Origin: Euryarchaeota archaeon UBA52
Lineage (GTDB): Archaea; Thermoplasmatota; Poseidoniia; Poseidoniales; Thalassarchaeaceae
DNA length: 62,588 nucleotides
Assembly (NCBI GenBank): GCA_002505455.1
Contig: DAVB01000002.1
Coordinates: forward strand, 1 to 62,588
Reading direction: 5' to 3'
The first letter of the stretch is position 1. Each line of letters starts with the position of its first letter. Shown here piece after piece: positions 1 to 9,311 of the stretch. Below the pieces are notes generated by a model. That model saw only the letters and a program-made list of their open reading frames with translations, was not told where the DNA came from and made no database searches. The translations under genes and the position numbers were made by a program.

Positions 1-1
1 C

Positions 2-271
2 GGCATGTGGGTCTTCAGACGCAGTATTCTCGATCGTAAAGATCTCCGCCCCAAGCACGATGGAATGGCGATGTCTCAAGAGTTCAAGATTCGGTGTATG
101 ACGAAATTGGCAAGTGACCGCAGGAAGGAGGTTAGCGTTCCATACCGGTCGAGAGTCGGTGATGCTGAAATTAACACTTGGAGAGATGGGCTTGGCAATC
201 TTCTGTCGCTATTCACCCTTAGAATGGGACTGACGAGAGAGAGGACCCCCTGGGGCCTTGACGATAGCTGA
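2..271 (+). CDS. Glycosyltransferase family 2 (dolichol-phosphate mannosyltransferase-like), C-terminal part; 5'-truncated by the window edge
   Basis: Frame is open to the window edge. GMWVFRR...GMAMSQEFKIR...EVSVPYRSRVG..INTWRDGLGNL matches the typical C-terminal half of DPM1-like GT2 enzymes. Confidence 0.75.
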   Translation, partial: GMWVFRRSILDRKDLRPKHDGMAMSQEFKIRCMTKLASDRRKEVSVPYRSRVGDAEINTWRDGLGNLLSLFTLRMGLTRERTPWGLDDS

Positions 272-3200
272 CTATTCGAACGCGTCGTCATCTGGATTGG
301 AAGTGAATCCGCCCCATGAGTCGATCATTTCTATGTCTGCTATCGTAGAGGCTCGTCTTGAGCGAGCGATGGCCATACCGATTATTCCGAGCAGCGCTAT
401 TGCCACACCCCCCCATGTCAGAATGCTTTGAATTATTTCTGAGTCTGAGTCATCGTCCTCTATCGGGATTGTAACTGTAAGAGTCGGGCTTACAGTATCG
501 CCATCTCTGGCCCATACATCAATTCTCATCCAATCACTATCGTCCGGCGACACCTGGACATTTCTCGACCACACCCCATCGCCGGGCACTGAGTCTCCAA
601 ACGCCCCGTCATCATTCAATTCCACCACGGTAGGATTCCCTGAGACTGTGAGCACTGCTGATACCTGCTCAGATGTGCCATCAAGATCCACCAGAGACAC
701 TTGGATCTTTATGGTCTGGGCCTGTTTGCTGTACAGGCTGTCTGGAGATACTGAAAGAGAGGATAGGAATGGGGCACTTGAACCGACCATTATTGAGATG
801 GAGTCTTGGCCGTATGTTCCCCTGGAGTCTTTCGCGGTTAATACGATAATATGCTGCCCAGGCGGTAGATCGGCCTCCATAATTGGGTCAGAACCTAGAT
901 TTGTACCATCTGCGAGAGTCCATTCCAGGAGTAGGAGATCGTCGTCGTAGTCCACAGTTCCAGTGGAGTCGAGCAGTACTCGATCGCCGGGCGGGAAAAA
1001 GCGACCATCTTGAGGGGATGCTATAGTTGCAACAGGAGCGCTTGGAAGAATTTCTAACGATAATTCGCTGGTTCTCGAGAGTCCTGTGGAATCCTCCAGG
1101 GTGATCGTAAGATTATGCTGTCCCGTTGGGAGGTGTCTTTCATGAATTTGATTGGGATTTGATCCTTGCAATATTGGAGTCTCCGACACATCAGAATAAA
1201 TCGTCATGGAGAAGGAATCTGCATCCGTATCAAATGAGTTACGAAGATCAAAGACGACCTTCTCATTTGATTTTGAGGATGAGCCGTCTTTCGGGCTATC
1301 TATCACGATAACAGGTGCGGAGGGAGAGACGCTGACGTTCACAACTGAATATGCAGGATTCCCTAGTCCATCATCCACTGTGAGGGACAAAAGATGATCT
1401 CCTGCTGGAAGCCTCGACTGGAAGTTCCATTCGGTTGAAAGCGGTTCTAATTGACCATTGAGATTCCATACAACACTGACTAAATCATTTGAAGACTCTC
1501 TCGTAGAGCAAAGTAAACCCAATCCCTCTTCAGGGAGTTCCAGACAGTGTAAGTCTTGGTCTCCTGACCCGGTTGCACTGAATTCAATCAGATTTGAAGA
1601 GTCTGTCATGTAGCCTTCGTAAGGAAAGGCAATTACAGATCTTGGATCCGAATTCACAACTTCAATTTCTTCCCAATCATACGACTTTCGACCCGAGTTC
1701 TCCGGACTATTGTCCCATGCACTCAACGTTAGCACATGCACCCCCTTCGAAAGTCGCCCCTGCCACGAATTGCCGTCTGATTCCTCAATTCCGGACCATA
1801 TAATTCCGTCTAAATCGGATTCTATTGAAAGATGCAGAGCGTCTCCTTCGGGATCAAAGGTTCCTTCGAAGCTTATGCTCAACATGTCCTCAGAGGTTGT
1901 TCCTAATCGGGTGATTGAGTGATTTATCTCAGGCAGCTCATTGAAATGATCGACAGTAAAGGTCCATGAGACTGGCTGGTTTGAGCCATCGTATACGGAC
2001 ACTGTTGCTGTGAATGCGTCTTCTGATTGGTCGAAGCCGACTGAAAAGACCTCATTGCAAGGGGGGCTGAGAGACATATTTGCGCCGTAACTAGTTTGAA
2101 TCCAACATTGGAGGGGGTCTTCTTCTGGATCATAAGTCCCTGACAAGTCAACAGTCGCATTTCTTGTCATGCCGAGGCTCATGACTCCGAACGGAGAAAT
2201 TTGAGGTGATGCTTCGACAGATACAGAAGGTGGAAGATTGAGTAGCTCGATTGAGCGTTGTTCGGTTGAACAGAGACCTGTCGCATCGCAGACCTCGAGA
2301 GTTATGGTGTGCTGTCCGTCACTCAAACTTGGATCTCCCTCATGGCCACTATTCGCTGTTACATACGATGATTCTGTAGATGGCCCTGCTAATCCGCCAT
2401 CAATGGAGCTTGTCCACGAGTATGTGAGCTCGTCATCATCCATATCCCATGAATTGGAGGCATCCAGAATGACCTCATCTGAACTCCCGAATACCGATCC
2501 TTCCTGTGGTGATTCCCAGACGATGAATGGAGGTTGATTGGGCAAATCGATTTCACATATCATCGAAATATCTTGATTCAGGAGCAGGATATCCGTTGAG
2601 TTGCTGTGGCCGTCATAGGAACAAACACCTTGAACGCTGGCTACGGAAGACCAGCCGGCACTATTGTTCCATGTTCGACCCACATATGGGCCGGTATTTG
2701 ACCTTCCAGAATAAGGCAGAGTCAGAATCTGGTCTTGCTGAAGTGAGTCAAATGAGAGGTTCAATTCTGCATATGGTATCCCATACCCGTTTTGATTGAC
2801 CGCCTCTGCATGGATCATCCAGGAGATGTTTAGCAGATCATCATCATCATCCGATGATGGCTCGGTGATGGGAGAGGAGGAAATCCAATCCACGACACTT
2901 CCCGATGAGAGATTTAGAGAAGAAGGGCCGATTAATTCGACATCACTCATAGATACGTTTGATGAATGAAATGAAGGTGGATTTTGAGTGGTGCAGTTGA
3001 ATATTACATTCTCAATAACCATTGAATCGAATCCCGAGAATGAGGCACATCCGCTAATTCCAGTGATTTGGCTGTTCATCATGCTCGATTCTGATGAGCT
3101 AGCGGGAGACCACTCCAGGCCTCCGGAAACGCCGGATATCGATACATCAAGAAGATGGGCGTCGATTGACTGCATTATTACAGCAGGATTGATTGAATTC

Positions 3201-4858
3201 GTGTTCAAATCTGCTCCACGGATTAAGACTGGACCATTCTTTTGAAGGTTAGTCCCCTCTCCAGATATTGCAAGTCCTGATGATGGAGAAACGGAACTTA
3301 TCCCGATTAGTTGCAAGTCTATACTATCGACTATCGAAAAGCCTACTTTATCGCCATCGGATGAGCAGTTTAAACAACTCACATTCTTGCCTGAGCTCAC
3401 GAAATCATTTGAACGGATGAATGAAAATCCTGCTCCTTCTGAATTTATGCCTGCCATAGCGCCATTCCCGGAAGTGAGAGCATCCTCTATCCAAACATTC
3501 GATGAGTCCATGACTCGAACACCAGAGAGCTGATTCATCGAAGAAGCAATCCCTACTACCTCTGGATGGAACTCCCTAACATCGATACCCACGCCTCCAT
3601 TCTGAGTTGTTGTCCAATTGTGCCCGGTCGCCCCTCCCTTCCAGAGCAGGATTCCAGAGCCCTGCGCACTCGTTACGCTAATGTCTTCCAGAGTTACAGG
3701 CCAGCTAGCACTTCTGAGATAGATTCCGGCTTTTTCCCCCGAACCAGATCCAGGGTTCCTTGATCCGTCATCAGAAGATTCGACATTTCTGAATACCGAT
3801 GTGCCATCAATCATGTATGCCTTAAGTCCAGTAGCATAATTCGAAATTAGGTTCAAACCTTCGATAAATGCGCCACTGGTGTTTAGTTCGACAGCAGCAA
3901 TAGCGAGGCCTTGTGTTTCTGAGTCAGGGCCTCCTGTACCTGAAACAGTGGCATTCCTGATAATTGCATTCACATTCAAATCGCTCCACTTAGATCGATT
4001 ATACTGCTCAATCATGATTCCGCGGTACTTCGAATTGGAAATGGAGATATTCTCCAAAGTAGGGCGTGTCGTGAATCCCTCGGATATGTGGCGTACGAAA
4101 ACCCCATTATCCGATTTCTCTATCTCTGTGTCTGAAATCAACAAAACAGAGTCTTCGATCCATATTCCTGAAGAAACAGCAAGAGTTGCTCCGCTAACAT
4201 TAGTTATTGAGAGATCGCTGATCATCCCTCCAGAACCGCCCCAAACATTGAGTGCTCGTGTGATTAGGCTGTCAGCCAATAGGCCGTTCACTATTGGAGC
4301 GCTTCCGCTCCCCAATGAGAGGCCGATGCCATATCGCCATGTTCCGGATATGCCATGTACGTCTTGTCCACCCCCCAGCATAGTCAGATTGGTGATTTGT
4401 GGATTCGCAGATGATAATAGATCAACTGCCACGAAATCGGCATTTAGAACTGTGATGTTGTTCATTATAGGGTCAGAATCGACGATTTTAATTCCTCGTG
4501 AGGCATTTTCGATTTTCAAATGAGATATCGATGACCCGAGACCCCGGCTATCCGAGGTGAAGTGTATGCCGTCGTGTTTGCCATCGATTGAATCTACAAT
4601 GACTTGCTCGTTTTCAGTTCCTAAAACAGAGATCCTACCATTAATCTCAATCAACTCCCCCTCTCCGATTCTTATTTCTGTTCCCGGTTGCACCTGCACC
4701 ACTTGATCATCTTCGATCACAGCTCCGTCAGGCAAATTTACAATTCCGGACCATACGATCACTGTAGTTGAAGAAGTGGCTATGGGGGCTAAAGAAAGCA
4801 GCATTATTGCCGCGATTAAGAGGGGTCGTCGAGGGGTTCGATTCGTCTCCGCCCGCAT
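272..4858 (-). CDS. Giant surface protein (1528 aa): signal peptide, right-handed beta-helix repeats, tandem PKD/Ig-like modules, choice-of-anchor-X-like motif, C-terminal TM anchor
   Basis: Start moved to ATG 4858 (MRAETNRTPRRPLLIAAIMLLSLAP, signal peptide, GTGAGG just upstream). N-half has PbH1-type repeats. C-half has repeated PxxxIxxPxDG...LDxxxSxDxDxDxL..W modules and LNDDGAFGDSVPGDGVWS. TM WGGVAIALLGIIGMAIA is followed by RSRR. Confidence 0.85.
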   Translation of the reverse strand: MRAETNRTPRRPLLIAAIMLLSLAPIATSSTTVIVWSGIVNLPDGAVIEDDQVVQVQPGTEIRIGEGELIEINGRISVLGTENEQVIVDSIDGKHDGIHFTSDSRGLGSSISHLKIENASRGIKIVDSDPIMNNITVLNADFVAVDLLSSANPQITNLTMLGGGQDVHGISGTWRYGIGLSLGSGSAPIVNGLLADSLITRALNVWGGSGGMISDLSITNVSGATLAVSSGIWIEDSVLLISDTEIEKSDNGVFVRHISEGFTTRPTLENISISNSKYRGIMIEQYNRSKWSDLNVNAIIRNATVSGTGGPDSETQGLAIAAVELNTSGAFIEGLNLISNYATGLKAYMIDGTSVFRNVESSDDGSRNPGSGSGEKAGIYLRSASWPVTLEDISVTSAQGSGILLWKGGATGHNWTTTQNGGVGIDVREFHPEVVGIASSMNQLSGVRVMDSSNVWIEDALTSGNGAMAGINSEGAGFSFIRSNDFVSSGKNVSCLNCSSDGDKVGFSIVDSIDLQLIGISSVSPSSGLAISGEGTNLQKNGPVLIRGADLNTNSINPAVIMQSIDAHLLDVSISGVSGGLEWSPASSSESSMMNSQITGISGCASFSGFDSMVIENVIFNCTTQNPPSFHSSNVSMSDVELIGPSSLNLSSGSVVDWISSSPITEPSSDDDDDLLNISWMIHAEAVNQNGYGIPYAELNLSFDSLQQDQILTLPYSGRSNTGPYVGRTWNNSAGWSSVASVQGVCSYDGHSNSTDILLLNQDISMICEIDLPNQPPFIVWESPQEGSVFGSSDEVILDASNSWDMDDDELTYSWTSSIDGGLAGPSTESSYVTANSGHEGDPSLSDGQHTITLEVCDATGLCSTEQRSIELLNLPPSVSVEASPQISPFGVMSLGMTRNATVDLSGTYDPEEDPLQCWIQTSYGANMSLSPPCNEVFSVGFDQSEDAFTATVSVYDGSNQPVSWTFTVDHFNELPEINHSITRLGTTSEDMLSISFEGTFDPEGDALHLSIESDLDGIIWSGIEESDGNSWQGRLSKGVHVLTLSAWDNSPENSGRKSYDWEEIEVVNSDPRSVIAFPYEGYMTDSSNLIEFSATGSGDQDLHCLELPEEGLGLLCSTRESSNDLVSVVWNLNGQLEPLSTEWNFQSRLPAGDHLLSLTVDDGLGNPAYSVVNVSVSPSAPVIVIDSPKDGSSSKSNEKVVFDLRNSFDTDADSFSMTIYSDVSETPILQGSNPNQIHERHLPTGQHNLTITLEDSTGLSRTSELSLEILPSAPVATIASPQDGRFFPPGDRVLLDSTGTVDYDDDLLLLEWTLADGTNLGSDPIMEADLPPGQHIIVLTAKDSRGTYGQDSISIMVGSSAPFLSSLSVSPDSLYSKQAQTIKIQVSLVDLDGTSEQVSAVLTVSGNPTVVELNDDGAFGDSVPGDGVWSRNVQVSPDDSDWMRIDVWARDGDTVSPTLTVTIPIEDDDSDSEIIQSILTWGGVAIALLGIIGMAIARSRRASTIADIEMIDSWGGFTSNPDDDAFE

Positions 4859-4976
4859 CCTCACTACTCGATTACAGCATGGTATCGTTGTATGCTTTGC
4901 CATGCCATGTACATTAGTACAAAATGAAGGGAGGCATGATAAACGGACTTTCATCCGGTCGATTAGAGGGGGTTTT

Positions 4977-5210
4977 ATGGAGACTGCATTTGTTCTGATC
5001 AAGGCCCTTCCAATGAAGGAGAGGGATGTTTATGCGAGTCTCCTTCAGATGAAATCTGTTGTAGAGACTCACTCTGTTTACGGGGAGTATGATCTTGTTG
5101 CTAGGGTTGATTTTGAAGATTCTCGGACCATGACTAAATTTCTGATCGAGGAGATGCGGGCAATCCCTGGCATACTAAAGACGGAAACTCTGATCTCTGC
5201 TGAGGTGTGA
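4977..5210 (+). CDS. Stand-alone Lrp/AsnC ligand-binding (RAM) domain protein, 77 aa
   Basis: METAFVLI...VYGEYDLVARV...IPGILKTETLI is the AsnC C-terminal domain pattern; no HTH. ATG 4977 follows GAGGGGG. Confidence 0.85.
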   Translation: METAFVLIKALPMKERDVYASLLQMKSVVETHSVYGEYDLVARVDFEDSRTMTKFLIEEMRAIPGILKTETLISAEV

Positions 5211-5212
5211 TT

Positions 5213-5446
5213 ATGTCTGTAGGTTTCGTGCTCATAACTACTGAGCCTGGTAGTGAAATTTCCGTCAGGAATGCATTGGACTCCATAGATGGCGTATCCG
5301 GTCGGTGGGTCGTCTTTGGAAGTCATGATCTACTAGTCAAAGTAGAAGCGGATGATGAGTCTAAAATTACAAAGATAGTAATTGGCGATATCCGTGCAAT
5401 TGAGGGGATTACCGATACGCGAACTCTCATCGGCGCCGAGATCTAA
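5213..5446 (+). CDS. Second stand-alone Lrp/AsnC ligand-binding domain protein, 77 aa
   Basis: MSVGFVLITTEPG...VFGSHDLLVKV...IEGITDTRTLI. SD GAGGTG at 5202-5207 overlaps the end of the upstream paralog. Confidence 0.85.
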   Translation: MSVGFVLITTEPGSEISVRNALDSIDGVSGRWVVFGSHDLLVKVEADDESKITKIVIGDIRAIEGITDTRTLIGAEI

Positions 5447-7547
5447 TCTCCACATGGATTTCATCTATAACTTCTGAAGCTGCTTTCACACAGCCTGCCG
5501 CTCTAAGTCTTCGAGCTGCCTCTGCCCATAGCCGTATCCGATCATCGGAATGAATAGCTCCGCTCCAATACCATGCAAATGCATCGATTCTTCTGTGCTC
5601 AGGTCTATTCTCATTTTCCTGGATTTTAAACTCGGCATCATGCGCGTTGATGAGCCACAAGGGGATATCAGGGGAGGATGAATCGAGTCCCCAGTGGATC
5701 TTCTTGAGGCGATCATACCTTCCAGGCGTACGCTGAATGGATTCAAACAGCCTTGATTCTGCGACACCGTTCCAAGGCTGTAATGTGATTTTCAAATCTA
5801 TCTCTTCCAATCGAGGATGGTCCTCACCAAGAATTTCAACTATTGAAGATCTTAGAGAAGCCGCTTGGATTACGTCACTAGAACCTGATGCAATGATATA
5901 TCGAAGAATCAATCTTGAAGCGATAAGGGAAGGGCTCATTTCGGATGAGATTCCCTCCGTCAGATCTAGTCTTTTAGTCAGCCTCATTGCTAACTCTGGA
6001 TCTAACGGCCCTGGTAAGCGATCGTCATGCATTGCTATCGCTCCTCTGACCAGTATGCTTGCTCTTTCAGAATCAGGAAGCCGATCCAGGAGTAATTCCT
6101 CGATTCTTGAACACTCGCCATCATCTCCGCCCATACGAGCGCATTCGAGATCTATTTTCCATCGATCTGGACCTTCCTCAATATCGATTGCTATCTTTCT
6201 TGCTATTTTCGTTTCTCCTCTTGAAATCGCGACATGCGCAGCGAGAATCCGCAAATCATCCCTGTCCTCTCTCTCTAAAGCGTCGCTGAGTAGTGACGCG
6301 GCTATGGCTGATTCGGATTCCTCGGAGACAACGTTTGCGAGTGCGAGATCAAGGGTTTGTCCCGAGGAAATTCTGTGATGCATTTCGAATGCTCGGGCTT
6401 CATGGCCTGGAATGTCAGACCAGTGGGAAGCTAGATTGGCGTGTATCGAATATTTTGTCATCTCATCCATGGCCGCTGAATGTACATTCCTGATGAGATG
6501 ATGCGCTTCGAAACCGAACTCGCCCCATTTCAGTATAGCTGCCTCATCCAGATCATCAATAGTTTGGTCGGAAAGGGAATGATTCTTCTGGACCGGGAAC
6601 GGTTCTAAAGATAGTTCGTCGAGACCCTGGATGGAGGATGTACTCAATCTACTCAGCACAGTAGAAGTCACAAACTCGGCGATTGGGGTTTCGGGTGTCG
6701 GAAGATCATCACCCTCCCTCCACATCTCGATTGCCAGAGGGTGTCCTCCGAGAGCAGTGGCTATCTGTTTTGCACGTTTCTCTTCCAAATGAGGGGCTAT
6801 CTTGGATGCGACCTCGATATCTACCCCTTCCAATGTGTATCTGGTGGCAGAAGGAATCGTTGAGAAGATGCTAGGAGTTCTCGTTATGACCAATATAGTC
6901 GCTTGATGGGCATTCTGAATCATAGATTTGATTGATTCTGCATGTCGATGGTGTATCTCCTGTGCCTCGTCGAGGACATAGAGGGAATCCTCTTCAAGTC
7001 TCGATGCAGAGAGGTCATAGGGCTCATTAAAGGCAAATTTTGTCCATGATTTCATGATTAAATCGAGGTCTGTTGCCGCGTTAGCCGTGCACCAACCTAG
7101 TCTCCTTCCTTCTTTCTCGAGACCATATGCAACAGCTCGTGCGAGAGTTGTCTTGCCGATACCCGGCAGTCCGGTAAGAGTCACAATTCCAGACTCTGAG
7201 AGTATGTTTTGAAGAGCCTCGATATCACTCGATCTTCCGAATATGGAAATAGCGTTTTTATCATTACCACCTGGGACGCCCAAGTTGTTTGCCAATTCTA
7301 GTCCTTTTTTGGTCAGTAGAAGTACCGTTCTTCGTCTTGTGGCTCCAATCACATTACTCTTGATTGATTGAATCAGGCCCTTTGACTCGAGTGCAGCCGC
7401 TGGAACGTGGAGGGCTGAGCGGACCACTCCAAGTTCCATTGCTAAAGCAGGCAGTGAGAGCGATGGAGGGAAGTCTCGACGTAGATTTCTATCCACCTCT
7501 ATACTTGCAAGAGTGGTCAACAACCTCTCCTCGGGACCCGTCAGCAC
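5427..7547 (-). CDS. Winged-HTH + STAND-like P-loop NTPase + alpha-helical (TPR-like) C-terminal region, 706 aa
   Basis: N-terminal wHTH (LAMELGVVRSALH...LESKGLI...RRRTVLLLTKKG), Walker A GLPGIGKTT (7149-7172), Walker B LYVLDEAQ, STAND GxP motif GGHPLAI, MHD-like HHLIR, Ala/Leu-rich helical C-half. Confidence 0.75.
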   Translation of the reverse strand: MLTGPEERLLTTLASIEVDRNLRRDFPPSLSLPALAMELGVVRSALHVPAAALESKGLIQSIKSNVIGATRRRTVLLLTKKGLELANNLGVPGGNDKNAISIFGRSSDIEALQNILSESGIVTLTGLPGIGKTTLARAVAYGLEKEGRRLGWCTANAATDLDLIMKSWTKFAFNEPYDLSASRLEEDSLYVLDEAQEIHHRHAESIKSMIQNAHQATILVITRTPSIFSTIPSATRYTLEGVDIEVASKIAPHLEEKRAKQIATALGGHPLAIEMWREGDDLPTPETPIAEFVTSTVLSRLSTSSIQGLDELSLEPFPVQKNHSLSDQTIDDLDEAAILKWGEFGFEAHHLIRNVHSAAMDEMTKYSIHANLASHWSDIPGHEARAFEMHHRISSGQTLDLALANVVSEESESAIAASLLSDALEREDRDDLRILAAHVAISRGETKIARKIAIDIEEGPDRWKIDLECARMGGDDGECSRIEELLLDRLPDSERASILVRGAIAMHDDRLPGPLDPELAMRLTKRLDLTEGISSEMSPSLIASRLILRYIIASGSSDVIQAASLRSSIVEILGEDHPRLEEIDLKITLQPWNGVAESRLFESIQRTPGRYDRLKKIHWGLDSSSPDIPLWLINAHDAEFKIQENENRPEHRRIDAFAWYWSGAIHSDDRIRLWAEAARRLRAAGCVKAASEVIDEIHVEIRSRRR

Positions 7548-7603
7548 ATAGCGGGGGTCAAGCCATCACTTCATGGCCCTTGGCCTAGGAGAGGATATCG
7601 AAG

Positions 7604-9307
7604 ATGCCACTCAAACCTCGCGATCTCGACCTCCCGGAAGCTCCTGGTGTCTATCTTTTCAGGACCGATTCAGGCATAATTCTCTATGTTGGAAAGGCAA
7701 CGAATATCAAGAATAGAGTTCGATCATATTTCTCTCCAAACCCGGATAGAGCGATGATTCCAAAATTAGTCTCAAGTTCTGATGATGTTGATTTCATCGT
7801 TACGGGGAGCCCCGGTGAAGCTCTTGTACTTGAGAAGCAATTGATCAGGAAGCATAAGCCAAGGTACAATTCGATGTTCAAGGATGACAAGTCATACCCA
7901 TTTATTGCCATTACAAAACACGAATATCCTCGTATTATCTACACGAGGAGACCGCCTAAAGGATCGAAAATATGGGGGCCCTTTCCAGATGCTGGTGCAG
8001 CTAAAAGAGTCATAAAACTGCTTAGAAGACAATTCGGCATACGGGATGAGCGAGACAATGTGCCTTTTGGTTATGATGATCATGGAGGTCTCGAAGACTA
8101 CATCGGCAGGATCAGGGTGGTGGAAAGTGTCCTCGATGGTAATGCAGCCTCCTTAATCAAACACCTTCAAAGAAATATGGATATGGCTTCAGAAGCTATG
8201 CAGTATGAAAAGGCTGCAAGTTTCAGAGATATGATAGCAATCATCCAAAAAACGATCTCGGACCAAACCATACGGAGCCGATTCTATACAGAGGTACACG
8301 CCATAGGGTTCGCATCCAGAGGGGATTTCGGCAACGCAGTCGTCATACAGGCCGATGAAGGAGTTATCCAAGGACAAGTTACCTACCCAATGATACACAG
8401 GGGAGATGTTGGAGAATCAGTATCATTGCTTGTCGCAGAACATTATTCGAGTCAGAGACCGCCAAAGATCCTCCTTACACCGAATAATCTCGGAGAAGAT
8501 CTCAAACAGTGGTTATGTGAAAGACGTGGTGCTGCAGTTGAAGTTCGTATTCCGCAAAGAGGGAAACTTGCAAAACTCAGGCGTTTAGCGGACCGGAATG
8601 CTGAGCTGCACGTTGAACGTGCGAAGAGCAGATCTTCAGGAAGGATAGAACATCAAGCCGCCAAAGATGCAGCAAAATTGCTTGGAATGGGCAGTCTAGA
8701 TCATGTTGTATGCTTTGATATGGCGCAGCTTCTCGGGGAATCTCGAGTAGGCGCATCCGTAGTATTCAGGAATGGGCGTCCTAAAAAGTCAGAATATCGG
8801 ACCTATCGTGTAAAAGACGATGCGGCGGACGATCTTCGGATGATGACGGGTGTCGTGGAGCGTTGGTTGAAACATCAAAATGAGTGGCCAGATTTGGTTA
8901 TCTTAGACGGCGGTAAGACACATCTATCTGCGGTATTGACTATGCTTGATTCTCATGGTCTAGCAGGTATTTTCCCTGTTATCGCTCTGGCGAAGAGGGA
9001 AGAAACGGTATATACGGAAGACGGTCGGGAGTTCGTTCTAGATAGGAAAGGCCGGATGATCGTTCATGCGAGAGATGAGGCACATCGATTCGTTAATTCA
9101 TATCATCGAAAAAAGAGATCGAAAGGGAGTCTCAGAAATCCGCTGGAGAACGTTGAGGGGCTGGGGGCAAAAAAAATTCAGACTCTTCTGAGGCATTTCG
9201 GTGGAATTCAAGGTATAGAACATGCTAGTTTAGAGGAATTGAAAGCCATCCAAGGAATAGGAAAAGAGCTCGCTAAAAGAATTCAGAGGTCATTCAACAA
9301 ATACTAG
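7604..9307 (+). CDS. uvrC: Excinuclease ABC subunit C (bacterial-type NER)
   Basis: GIY-YIG domain (GVYLF..ILYVGKA.NIKNRVRSYF), UVR coil (MDMASEAMQYEKAASFRD), RNase H-like CFD / DGG / RDEAHRF, C-terminal HhH (VEGLGAKK, IQGIGKELA). Confidence 0.95.
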   Translation: MPLKPRDLDLPEAPGVYLFRTDSGIILYVGKATNIKNRVRSYFSPNPDRAMIPKLVSSSDDVDFIVTGSPGEALVLEKQLIRKHKPRYNSMFKDDKSYPFIAITKHEYPRIIYTRRPPKGSKIWGPFPDAGAAKRVIKLLRRQFGIRDERDNVPFGYDDHGGLEDYIGRIRVVESVLDGNAASLIKHLQRNMDMASEAMQYEKAASFRDMIAIIQKTISDQTIRSRFYTEVHAIGFASRGDFGNAVVIQADEGVIQGQVTYPMIHRGDVGESVSLLVAEHYSSQRPPKILLTPNNLGEDLKQWLCERRGAAVEVRIPQRGKLAKLRRLADRNAELHVERAKSRSSGRIEHQAAKDAAKLLGMGSLDHVVCFDMAQLLGESRVGASVVFRNGRPKKSEYRTYRVKDDAADDLRMMTGVVERWLKHQNEWPDLVILDGGKTHLSAVLTMLDSHGLAGIFPVIALAKREETVYTEDGREFVLDRKGRMIVHARDEAHRFVNSYHRKKRSKGSLRNPLENVEGLGAKKIQTLLRHFGGIQGIEHASLEELKAIQGIGKELAKRIQRSFNKY

Positions 9308-9311
9308 CCTA

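Noticed and set aside
4828-4857. GGTTCGATTC resembles a tRNA T-loop
   Set aside because: The flanks cannot form a 5-bp T-stem or an acceptor stem, and it lies in the signal-peptide coding region of the 272..4858 gene.
4933-4945. 13-mer GGCATGATAAACG repeated at 47774-47786
   Set aside because: The second copy is inside a CDS (GVYHA codons on the minus strand); probably coincidence.
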